Positions 1-11,751 of a DNA stretch of 64,000 nucleotides are shown one piece after another. Positions within the stretch are counted from its first letter, which is position 1, and each line of letters starts with the position of its first letter. A program made the position numbers and the translations under genes. Under the pieces are notes generated by a model. The model was not told the origin of the DNA, did not search any database, and saw nothing but the letters and a program-made list of their open reading frames with translations. The DNA lies in contig JAXLNO010000555.1 in the NCBI GenBank assembly GCA_038087875.1, forward strand, positions 1 through 64,000, in the 5' to 3' direction. This DNA is from Malacoraja senta (Eukaryota).

Positions 1-240
1 AATCAGCCAGGTGTACAGCAAGGAGATGATTAAGCTTGTCGATTAGGATCAGACCACCAAGATAATTTTCACAGACCTCATCAAGGTAATGTTGGCAAGC
101 ATCCAAAACTCAGTCAGTGGTGTCATTCATGTTGGCAGTATAGTGAGCTGGTGCAGTGAAGGAAGAAAGATGCAACTCAAGGAATATTGCAGTCCTTTGC
201 CGAGCAGAACCGAAAGGACTAAAAGAGCCTCATGTGTCGG

Positions 241-461
241 AGGGAACTGCAGATGCTGATTTAAACCGAAGAAAGACACAAAAAGCTGGAGTCACTCAGC
301 GGGACATGCAGCATCTCTTGGAGAGAAGGAATGGGTGATGTTTCGGATCACCCATTCCGACGTCTCTGAAGAAGTGTCTTGACCTGAAATGTCACCCATT
401 CCTTCTCTCCGGAGATGCTGCCTGTCCCGCTGAGTTACTCCAGCTAATTGTGTCTATCTTC
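241..461. repeat. Inverted pair of Penelope-like pLTR fragments (palindromic dimer)
   Basis: Left arm AAGACACAAAAAGCTGGAGTCACTCAGCGGGAC..GGAGAGAAGGAATGGGTGA is the approximate reverse complement of right arm TCACCCATTCCTTCTCTCC..GTCCCGCTGAGTTACTCCAGC..TGTGTCT. The same family recurs at ~798-928, 7358-7450, 31860-31958, 36272-36372, 49688-49800, 51060-51200, 51955-52145 and 59470-59545. Penelope assignment is inferred from the hammerhead-like CTGAAGA..GAAAC motif. Confidence 0.65.
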
Positions 462-2559
462 GAAAGAGCCTCATGTTGGAATACCAAGAAGCGGTTTGAA
501 TGGGACAATGTAAAGGTAACCTTAATATACCTATCATTGCACACCCAGACAAATTTAGATAATCTGTGTTACCAATGGCTCCTGGTGGTCTGGGTGATGG
601 GCAGACATTTCTGGTGGTACAGATTCCCACCACTTAATATACCACATTTACAGGACTTAAACAACTGTCGTATGATTACAATTTAAATGTTGAAATAAAA
701 CTCCCACCTTTTCCAGGTTGAGTCACGAGCCACTCATTGTAAGAAATAGGCGATATTCGATTAAGAAATGTTGCAGCCCATCACTCATTCCTTTAGTGTA
801 GGAAGGAACTGCAGATACTGGTTTAAACTGAAGATAGGCACAAAAAGTTGGAGTAACTCAGTGGGTCAGACAGCAACTCTGGAGAAAAGGAATAGGTGAC
901 ATATCGGGCTGAAACTCTTTTTCAGACTAAAATTCAGTCAGGAATCTAGGTTCCTTTAGCATGAGAAATTCAAAATGCAGAGGAAACCAGCCTTTATTCT
1001 GCACTTCGCTGGAGGAATCCAGTATAAAGCCCCACCCCCCCCCCCCCGCCCATAAAAAACCCAACAGTGAGCAATTATATTGTACTCTCAGAACACCCGC
1101 TCAAACTTCTAATCTTGTTCATTCGTAATGTCGCTTTAGCTAACATTTCCCTTACTACTCAGTATAATCCAAAATCAGATACTTAAGAATGCCAAAAATC
1201 AGCAAGACAAATGTATTTTGTAATTGCTTCAAATTTAACTGCTGCATCAACAACAATTACTTCCATTTGTAAAGTGTTTTTACTAGCAAAACATGCCAAG
1301 TCGTGTAGGCAAACAAAAAAATAGACATTTATATGGAAATATCAGCGGAGGTAACCAAAACCTTGGCCAAAACAATGATTTTGTAAGAGGTCTCTTAAGG
1401 AAGAAAAAAGGAAGTGATGAGGTTCAGACAGAAAATTCCAGAGCTTAGCATCATGGTAGCTGAGGGCAAGCTGCCAAAATGGAAAGATTAAATTAAGGGA
1501 ACGTCATGAGGAAAAATTTGAAGAACTGCAATGATCTCAGAGGGTTGAAAGGCAAGAGATGACTACAGAGATAAAGGGGTGAGAGGCATTTGAAAAAAAA
1601 GCATGGCAGCATTGGAATCGAGTTATTGCCTAACCATGAGCCGATGTCTGCCACTGAATGCAGTGGGGATAACCATACATCACTGTATGGAACACAGTGA
1701 GGATGGCCATGTTCAGCATCCCTTGGTACACATGACAATAAAATAAACTCAAACAACTGGTTCAATGGTGAATAAACCAGAACTATTACTGCCATTGCAG
1801 ATATATCTCTACCCTGGTACAATTTTAATTTCCACGAGCTTTGTTTGGTTTCTGCGTCCCTTTCCCATCCTTTCCTTCATCTCAGCTGAGCAATCAGCTG
1901 GGAGATCAGGCCGGAGAAACTGCAGGCAATTAAAAAGCTTTGATCTGTTGTTCAGCATCTCCCATTTTATAAAGCTCTAATTAACGTTGCAGGAAAACAG
2001 CCACCAGCATCCTCTGCCCACTACAAGCAAATCCACAGTAAATTAAGGAGCAAGTTTGAAGAGCTACGGAACTTCACATCTGACTCCCAAAATATTTAAG
2101 ATTTACATATCAAAGAGACTCACAGAAATGTACCACTGTATTTTAATTCAATTTACTAAAACAAGCAGCATACCTACTGCTGAAGAGCCACTTATAATCA
2201 GTTTCTGTTAACTTTACATTCTACCTTCCGTGACAGTACTGATGATCCTTCATCAGTGATGTAATGTACAATCATGACAATATTTTTAGGTTTCCAACAT
2301 ATTTTGTGTCTTCTCATTCCTCCTACTTTATAAATCCACCCAGCCTTACAATCCTTTTCAGGTTTAGGTTTAATATTGTCACATGTACCAAGGTACAGTG
2401 AAAAGCTTTGTTTTCCTTTCTATCCATTCAGATCTGATAAGGTTATACATAAATACAATCACGTCAAGCTCAATACAATAGGTAGAACAATGGAGTAGAT
2501 ACGGAGTGCAGAATATAGTTCTCAGCATTATAGTGTCCATGGTATAGTGCCCATGGTAT

Positions 2560-5500
2560 TACCATGTGATGGCATGGGAAGACAGCTGGCAGGAGGAAAA
2601 GACCCCAACGGGGCTGTCATGGACTAGCTATCCATGAAGGCAGGCTCCATCACTGTGAATTGTGAATAAGAGTCATCCCTCATGGCTATGAAAAATTCAG
2701 AGGAAAATACCCCCTGAGTCTGCGAGAGCGGGGGCGGAAGATGACTCATCGGATGACAACCCGGTAACCGACCCTGGCATAATCAGCACGGCACTTACAA
2801 CATCAGCTGCAGGACAAGAACTCCAAGTGTGTAGCTGTAGCTGGTCCAAGGTAACATCCATCAGAGGCCTAAATATACATCGAGGGTGGATGAAGTGCTT
2901 GAAGGAGGTAAGACCGGGACCTCGCATTGATCAGTATCTCCTGAGAGAAAGATCAAATCAGTCGAGTGAAGCTCAGCGGCAGGATACAACCCACAGTCCA
3001 ACGTGCATCAATACCCCAGTTGCCAAGGAGAGTAATTCAAGCACAACATCTGAAAACCCGGAATCCAGCCAGACGCAGCCTGCTTTGGAGAAGAACATGC
3101 AAGGCCACAGACATCATATGAAGTGGCCAAAGCCTAGCAGCAAGAAAGAGTGGGCAACAATTGATGCAGACCTGAGTAAGATCCTAGACGGACTTCAAGG
3201 AACAGTGGAGAAGAAACTGGAGAAAATGAGTGATCTGATCTACTTCTGCAGGGCAGAAAGGTTCGGAACCAAAAAGAAGGAAACAACAACCCCTCCCAAG
3301 CTCAGAAGGCAGCGAGAAATTGAGCGCCTAATCAAAGAGAGAAGGGGCCTGAGGAAACGGTGGAGGAAATCCTCACTGGAGGAAAGTGTGGACATCAACC
3401 TCCTGCAAGTAGATCTAAAGGAATGCCTGGGAAGACTGCGGAGAGCAGAAACCCTCAGAACTTAACGCATGAAGAAGGAGAGGGCAAGAACATCCTTCTA
3501 CAAGGATCCCTTCAGATTTCTGAAAGGACTCTTCACAAAGGAAAAAATTGGGTCACTTAAGGTGTCAAAGAGGGAATTGGAGGATCACCTGAAATCAACG
3601 TACACAGATAACCAAAGATTTGAGCAGAGGGGGATACCTCCAGACATGCCACCCATTCCTCAACCAGAATACCAGTTGGACGACAGTCTCCCAAGGTGGA
3701 GCAAAGTCGAAAAAGGCGTAAGGAAGGCAAGGGCAGCTTCAGCTCCAGGACCAAACAGAGTTCCATACCGGCTGTACAAAAATGCTCCAAATGTTCTATG
3801 GTTCCTATGGAGGCAAATAAAGACAGCATGGAATAAGCAAACCATTCCAAAAGCATGGCGAAGAGCAGGGGGAGTGGTGATCCCCAAGGAAAAAGATGCC
3901 TCAAACATCGACCAATTCCAGCAAATCAATCTCTTGAATGTTGAAGGGAAGATCTTCTTTAGCATTGTTGCTCAAAGGATGATAACCTACCTGAAACAGA
4001 ACAACCTGATTGATACGTCAGTACAGAAAGCTGGTATACCAGGCTTCTCTGGATGCTTAGGACACACAAGCATGATATGGCATCAAATCCAGTCTGCAAA
4101 AAGGGAAGGAAGAGATCTGCAGGTCTTATTCCTGGACCTAGCCAATGCTTTGGGATCTGTTCCCCAATCTCTCCTCTGAACAGCCTTTGAGTTCTTCCAT
4201 GTGCCAAAGGCCATTACAAACCTGGTCAGAAACTACTTCCAAGATTTCCAATTCTGTATTACAACAACAGAATACACAACATCATGGCAATCACTTGAAG
4301 TGGGAGTAATGGCAGATTGCACCATCTCCCCACTAGCCTTCACCATGGCAATGGAAGTGATCATCTGAGCTTCCAAGTGGGTCATAGGAGGAGAGCGGCT
4401 GCAGTCTGGGCAGCGGATACCTCCCATTCGCACCTACAAGGATGGCATGACCACCCTGACCTCAACCATTGCATGTACCAAGCGCCTGCTGGAAAAGCTT
4501 CTTGCGAACATAATATGGGCCCGGATGAAGTTGAAACCCAACAAATCCAGGAGCATATCCATCATCAGAGGAAAAATCGTAGACAAGTGATTCCACATTG
4601 ATGAAACACCCATTCCGATGGTGTCAGAGCTGCCAGTCAAGAGTTTAGGACAGTGGTACAATGCAAGCCTCAAAGACTCAGACCAGTGTGACCAACTGAG
4701 GGAAATTAAAGGCCTTGCTAGCATAGACAAGACCTCGCGTCCTGGTAAGCTGAAACTGTGGTGCCTGCAGTTTGGATTGCTCCCCCATCTGATTTGGCCT
4801 CTGACGGTATACGAGGTCCCCATCACCAAAGTCGAGAAGCTGGAGAGGACAGTCAGTTCATACATCAAGAAGTGGCTTGGACTCGCGCGTTGCCTCAGCA
4901 ATATCGGCTTTTATGGACACAGTGCCTGTCTCTAGCCTCACAGAAGAATACAAATGCACCAAAGTGAGGCTGAACATGACCCTGACCGAGTCTCAAGATG
5001 ATGCGGTAAAAAGCGGCTACTCTCAGACTGGCAACTGGGAGGAAGTGGACCCCATCAGAGGATGTACAGCAAGCAAAATCTGCTCTCAGGGATGGAGACA
5101 TTGTAGGACAGGTGCAGCAGGGAAGAGGTGGGATTGGACTTGGTACAAATCGACCCACATGGCACAAGGAAACATCCACCCAGAGAAGAAAGTTGGTAGT
5201 TGCTGAGGTCCGTCAGCAAGAGGAGGCAGAGAGATGTGCAACGGCAGTCTCACAGTCCAAACAGGGCCAGTGGACTGCCTGGGAAAACATGGAGCACCGT
5301 AAGCTTACCTGTAAGGATCTGTGGGAAATGGAAGGAAGCCGTCTTTGCTTCATCATCAGAACCACCTACGATGTTCTTCCCACACACAAGAACCTAAACC
5401 AGTGGCTTGGAGAAGATCCATCATGTTCCCAGCAACATTAAGGCACATCCTCACTGGCTGCAAAGCCAGTCTTTCACAAGGCCGCTACACCTGGAGGCAC

Positions 5501-6260
5501 AATCAGGTCCTGTGACAACTGCTGATTACCTTGGAAGGAAGGAGAACTACCGCCAATGCCCTCCCTCCCCCAATGCCTGGTTGCTCGAACACCACCCCTT
5601 TTGTAAAGTCAGGACAACTTCCAGAGAAGGCATTTGCAAGAAAGGAACCGACCCTCCTGGACACTGCCCGGGACTGGAAAATGCAGGCTGATCTAGACCA
5701 GAAGCTCATCTTTCCACCAGAGATCTTCACAACTAATCTCAGGCCTGACCTGATCTTGTGGTCAACCTCACAGAAGTCCCTGTACATCGTGGAGTTAACT
5801 GTGCCTTGGGAGACTGCAGTTGGTGAAGCGCATGAACGCAAATGTCTGAAGTATTCAGACTTAGCAGCCGAGGCAGAGCAACGCGGCTGGCGTACCCAGG
5901 TGCTCCCTGTAGAGATTGGTTGTAGAGGGTTTGTAGCCATGTCAACAACCAGACTCCTGAAGGGAATGGGAGTTTGAGGACAGGCCTTCCGGCAAGCCAT
6001 CAGGTCGATGTCAGAGGCTGCCAAGTGAAGCAGCAACTGGCTGTGGCTAAAGAGGAAGGACACCAACTGGGCTGAAAAATGACCAGCAAGAGGGGTAAAA
6101 CGGAGGGGAGCGCACCTGGGACAGCAGGTGTTGCTTTTGAGTCCCCTGGAGGTGTCATGGGCCTATCAACGAAACACCAAGGAAGGAGGGTGCCCACCTG
6201 ATGACCCCAATGAAGTATTTATCCCTACCCCCACTCAAGATATTAAGAAGGTGCCAATTA
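2560..6260 (+). mobile_element. Decayed RLE-type non-LTR retrotransposon, HERO-like (single ORF ~2690-6082 with stops and frameshifts)
   Basis: Motifs in order: N-terminal CxC..H..C finger (CSCSW..GLNIHRGWMKC); RT motifs (SAPGPNRVPY, INLLNVEGKIF, QKAGIPGFSGC, FLDLANALGSVP); zinc-knuckle remnant (HILTGC..RYTWRHNQVL); PD-(D/E)xK endonuclease (RPDLILWS..IVELTVPWE..ERKCLKY). Stop TGA at 6080-6082. Ends approximate. Confidence 0.88.
6105..6208 (+). ncRNA. Candidate rearranged (non-circularly permuted) hammerhead ribozyme in the HERO 3' UTR
   Basis: GGTGTC (6151-6156) pairs with GAAACACC (6171-6178). TGGGC (6158-6162) pairs with GCCCA (6192-6196), just 5' of CTGATGA (6198-6204). See findings. Confidence 0.65.
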
Positions 6261-8091
6261 TAGTTGGGATTGTAATATCAAGTCCCATCAGCTCAACTCC
6301 ACTCCAGCATTATACAGTATATATACTAGTATTTCAATGCACCACTATGACTGCAGTCAAAGGGAACTCTACAATTCCTTTCCGGTGCCTCTCCAACATT
6401 ATCCTCCTTTTAAAACTATCCTCTTTGTCAAGCATTTAGTCACTTTCTTTCTTCATTTCCTTATGTGGTTATGTAACCCCTGTGAGTTCCTTGGAATATT
6501 TTACATTAAAGCTTCCATATAAATGAGTATATTTGATGGTAGGATAGTGTTGCATGATTTTTATGTTATGAATCTGTAAAGGGAACAGAGTGTCCTCAAT
6601 ATGTTTGCACAGTAAGGTGAGGTGTGCACATTGCTCAACCAGCTAAATTAGATTTGGTGAAAGTGGATCCTTTGTTGACAGTGTTTGAAAATGAAAATTA
6701 AGATCTGAATGGGGATGTGTGGGTTTGGGAGTGAGAGTGAAATAAAATCAACCATTTTTAAGGGCATAACCTGCATCTAAATTATCCAACATGTTTATCC
6801 ACATAGAAAAAAATAATCAAATTGTGCACCTAATTGGAAATCTTCAAGTTAATTTACCATCCAAGACCAATTTTCATTTTCTCTCCTACTGAGACACAAC
6901 TTTTGAGTGTGCTCTGGGCTATTCTATAATCGTGTTAACTAAAGAAGCAATAAACATGTCAGCTTTGGACTTTGTGGACATCTAGAATGTCCCAATAGAC
7001 CATGACCATGGGAAATATTGCTAACCTGAGACAATTCAGAGTCAATGAGCTAAAGGCTTTTAAACACATAAAGGAAGAGCAGTAATCTCAGGGCAATTAC
7101 AACATGCACATACAGTATTTCTTCCATGTATCATTGCCGTAGAAAAATACCCTGAGATGTATGGGCTAAATGTGTGATTCAGTAACGACCCTCGGTTCTG
7201 AAAATAGACTCCATTCAGAAGGTGTTGAAGGCATGTAAGTTATTATAATGACCATTTAGCACATACAGTAAAGAACACATTTTCATATCATTACAATTGA
7301 GCAGATTCAGTTTGCTTCAAAACTACTTTAAAAAAAAGAAAAAGAAAAAAAAAATCAGTCTGAAGAAGGATCGAACACAAAACATCATCAATCCATGTTC
7401 TTTAGTGCTGCTGCCTCACCCATTGAATTACTCCGGCATTTTGTGTCCATCTTTAAAAAATAAAATATCCATTTTAAATTTGGAGAAGCTTTGTTCAGAG
7501 CAAGCTGCTGTTTGCACTATATGTATAGTAGATCATTCTTCACATTTCTCCAATAAAAACTTGCAGTGCTAAATTCAGAAGAATCTATTGAATCTATTAA
7601 CCACCTAGAGGAATGTCATGATAAAACAAAACTGTAAGTAGTTTGGTACATGCAAACTTCACCTGTTTGCTCCATAGCTCCCCCCCCTCTCAACAGCAGT
7701 CCAAAATAAATTATTTTCAACTGTCCCAAACAATAAGTTTTAATTGAATTTTGCACCTCACTTCCATGCATGCTTAAGACCATCAATTTTCACCTGCAAT
7801 ATAGTATCTATCACCACCCACACCTAATTTCATTTGTGGCAGAAAATGCATGCATTCCAATGCCACCTCCAGACTTCCATCACACTGTTGGTCACTTTCC
7901 TAGGTTAACATTAAGATTAATTAACATTCAGATTAATTTACTGGCATACAAACATGTCCAATGAAATTCCTTGTTTGCATAAAGCTCAGAATAGCAAGTG
8001 TACATGATAATGATAAACACAATAACTGCAAAACAGCAGAATACTGCAAAGATTGTAGTACACTTTGAAGTTGTCCAAAAAATAACTGAAG

Positions 8092-9867
8092 CGCAAATAC
8101 AAATCATTATTTAATGCTAATTTTACGCCTTTATTAAATAAATTGAACGCATTGATTAAATTCTGGAAAACACTCCCGTTGTCATTAATAGGCAGAATAA
8201 ACGCTATAAAAATGATCTTTTTACCACAAATATTATACCTATTTCAATCTATACCATTATACATACCAGAAAACTTCAAAAAACTAGACTCTAACATTAC
8301 TGACTTTATTTGGGACTATAGATCACATAGAATTCAAAGAAACCTGTGTAAACCCAAAGACGCTGGGGGACTTTCACTTCCAAACTTTTTGTATTATTAC
8401 TGGGCAGTGCATATTAAAAAATAATTTATTGGTTGGACAGTCCTACCCAACAGACTGAATGGATAAGAATGGAGAAAGAGGATTGTTCTCCTTGTAATAT
8501 AGGAGCGATCCTCTTCTCCCTGATAAAACTGAACAACACAATATATAAGAATAATCCAATTATCCACAATACAATAAGAATTTGGAAACAAATAAAATTA
8601 ACTTTATAATTAAGAAACCTATCACTGTTAACGCCAATAGTGAATAATCCTTCATTTAAACCATCTCTCATCGATAAAATATATAACCAATGGGAAAGAA
8701 TGAGAATTAAAAGGATCGGCGATATGTATGAAATAGGAAATCTGTTATCATTCCAACAATTACAATTAAAATTTAAGCTGAAAAATAACCAATAATTTAA
8801 ATACCTTCAGATCTGCGACTTCATGAAGAAATATATACAAAGATATCAAACTTTAACTTTAGATCCACTGGAAGAAGCAATGAATATTAAGGCTGACTCA
8901 CAGAAATTAATATCATATTTATATAATAGTATTTTAAACATAGAACTACCATCGACAGAGGCACTTAGAGAAGATTGGGAACGAGAATTAATGATAAAAA
9001 TCACGAATGAAACATGGGAAAAGCATTTGATATATATACATAAATGCTCGATTAATGTAAGACATAACTTAATTCAATTCAAAATTCTACATAGATTATA
9101 TTATTTAAAAACTAGATTGAATAAATTTTATCCAAATACTTCTCCCATTTGTGATAAATGTTTCTCAAAATGCCACTATAACACACTCTTTTGTTTCCTG
9201 CATAAACTTCATAAATTCTGGAGCGACATCTTTGAAATATTTACAAAATTATTCAAGATAAAAATAGAGCCTAACACTGAAATGATTATACTTGGAGTAA
9301 CGTAAGATGGAAACAAACTGAACACATTTCAAAATTCATTTTTTAATTATGGGTTAATAACGGCAAAAAAACATATACTTAAATTTTGGAAAAATCCACC
9401 CATACCAATGCTTAAAATGTGGATTTCAAACATGTTGGAAACAGCACATCTTGAAGAAATGCGATTCTTCCTAACAGACAAAACAGACCAATTCTTAACG
9501 AGTCTCCATTTATCGATTTCTTGGAAGCATATGGTGCAACAAAATCATAGAAACCAACTGTTTCAGGATTGGGTGAAGGATGGTCAAGAATATAAATAAC
9601 TATCTCCTACAATCTCTTACTCTCTACTTCCTCTTTTTCTCTCTCTTTTTTTCTTCCCCTCTTTCCTCCCTTTTCCTTTTCACACATCTAGACATCACAC
9701 GCTTTTCTATTTCTTTATTATCTATTCTTTCTTTTTCTCTTTTATTGTTAAGGGGGATAAAAATGAAGCTGTACATAAAATGTAACATGTCAATATATAT
9801 TAGGCACCTTGGTGCCACATTACTGTACTTACTTCTAATAAAATAAAAATAAAAAATAAAAATAAAA
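8092..9867 (+). mobile_element. 5'-truncated L1-clade LINE (ORF2 C-terminal half, 3' UTR, A-rich tail)
   Basis: Peptides FWKTLPLSLIGRINAIKMIFLPQILYLFQ, GGLSLPNFLYYYWA, IQFKILHRLYY and CDKC. (TAAAA)n tail at 9836-9867. Visibly near-identical to 48303-49461. Confidence 0.92.
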
Positions 9868-10481
9868 AGAACTGAGACAAGCTGCTGGTGCCAGCGAAAG
9901 AATGGGACATCTGCAAAAGTCTTACAATAAGATGTAAAATGCATGGAACTGATTGGGTCAATGCAAACCAGATATACATAGTGTAAATAATGTTGCAAAG
10001 CCTTATTTGGATAGTTGTTGATTGGTTGAAATGTTAAAGTTTTTCTGGGTTGTCTGAATCCCAGGGCACATGTTGCTGTGTTGGCTTCCTTCTAGAAGCT
10101 TCTTTTGAATACATTGTATATAAGATTATATTATTGGGTAAGGAAACTGTCAATTAGTTGGTTTGTTGGGGTTGCCTCCCCCAAGTAATGTCACAACCCT
10201 TAGTTTGGAAGGGTATAAGAGGGTGTGTAATTCATTGGGGTGTTCTGTGACTTCTGGAAGGGTAGTATGGAAGGGTATAAGAGGGTGTGTAATTCATTGG
10301 GGTGTTCTGTGACTTCTGTGACTTCATTTCTGTTTGCACGAGATATTGTTGCCTTGCGTGGGTGGATCACCAACCATCCCTGCAGTTTGTTCTTCAATAA
10401 AGTAAGGTTTTGGAACCAGAGTTTGACTTAGTGTTTGACTAAACCAGACAAAGTGGGTAAGTCTAGAGCCAGAATTTACAT

Positions 10482-10499
10482 TGGAGGCTCGTCCGGGAT
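10482..10499 (+). promoter_or_regulatory. Primer-binding site, tRNA-Pro type
   Basis: TGGAGGCTCGTCCGGGAT has one mismatch to the MLV-type Pro PBS TGGGGGCTCGTCCGGGAT. It starts 1 nt after the LTR-terminal CA. Confidence 0.92.
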
Positions 10500-10743
10500 C
10501 TCAATGGAGCCCCAGGCATAAGTTTGCAGTCAGGGAGTTGAGTCATTCCAGATTGCGAGAGGTGAAATCAGCGCCACGGTGCAGTTTCCACATTCATTTC
10601 CCCGCTTCGCTGATCAGGACGAATCAATCATTTGTGTAGTTGTGTTGGGGATCCCAACAAGATAAGAGAATAGTAGTCTGGCAAACTCTGGTTTAGTGAG
10701 GGTTCGTATCTCTGGGGAGGGTTGATTAGCTGTCTGAGGTTAA

Positions 10744-11323
10744 AAGGCCTGTCTCACGAGTCTGCGGTCATTTGCGGCAAAATGGGAAGAATGTACCGCT
10801 CCTGGGCCGCTATAGACCGCGCACTCGGTCAAACGCACAATTCCGGGGCCGTGCAGCGTTGTTCCCAACACCGCACGGTGCTAAAATAAAACCAACACTG
10901 TTCAAAAATATGTCCCTACTGCACAGCCTCCGCCAGTGAGGCACGAGTGCGGCACGGCCGCCGCCACAGCCGCCGCCAGTGTGGCTCGAGCGCCGTGCGT
11001 CGAACTTGCACCGCCACAGCCTCTGCTAGTGAGTCACGTGTGCGGCACGGCTGCCGCCACAGCCACCGCTACAGCGCTGCGATCAGGATGGCCGCCGCCA
11101 CAGCCCTGCAGATCCAAAATGACATCATCGCAGTCGGCCCGCCCTTTTTTTTACTTACCGCAAGCACGTGGGACCAGCCGTATTTAAATCACTCGGCCCC
11201 CGCACAGCATCCTTGCGGCGCTCCCGTGGCATAGGCTCGGCGCTCTCGCTGTTGCCGTGCGGTCCACTCTACAGGCGAAGCCGCGCTTCACCGCCGATGC
11301 CGCAACACCGTAAGACAGAGCCT
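10744..11323. mobile_element. GC-rich Harbinger-type MITE inserted in the ERV leader
   Basis: Imperfect TIRs AAGGCCTGTCTCACG..CGTAAGACAGAGCCT, flanked by TAA and TTA. Internal GCCGCCACAGCC repeats. Absent from the homologous leader of ERV B. Confidence 0.65.
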
Positions 11324-11751
11324 TTACTGAACGTGATATTAGATGAATGATTGTGGTTTATGTAGGAGTGTGGTTGTCCATGATAATAATAAGTGGTGGG
11401 ATTTATTGTCTGTGTACAGTGTTACTTGCGGTGTTTGGAGCTCATTTTCATATGATTCGATTGAGCGTTAAACGAGTTGCGAGAAAGTGTTTGATTGTGC
11501 TTGAATGTGTTTGATAGTTCCCATGAGTACTCTGATCTTTGAATGAGTGAGGATTGTGGAAATTGTAAGGTTGAAAGTATGTGGACTTGTGGGAGATAGG
11601 AGAAGAATTTGAATAGGAAATTAGGATTGGTTGAGCAAAGGAGTAAAGAGGTGTGAGGCTGTGAATGCTTTGGAGCCAGTAGCCACTGTTCAGGAGGGAT
11701 TGAAAGGAAGGAGTGAAGGATTTAGGAATTCTGCTTCAGTTGTTCAGAGGC

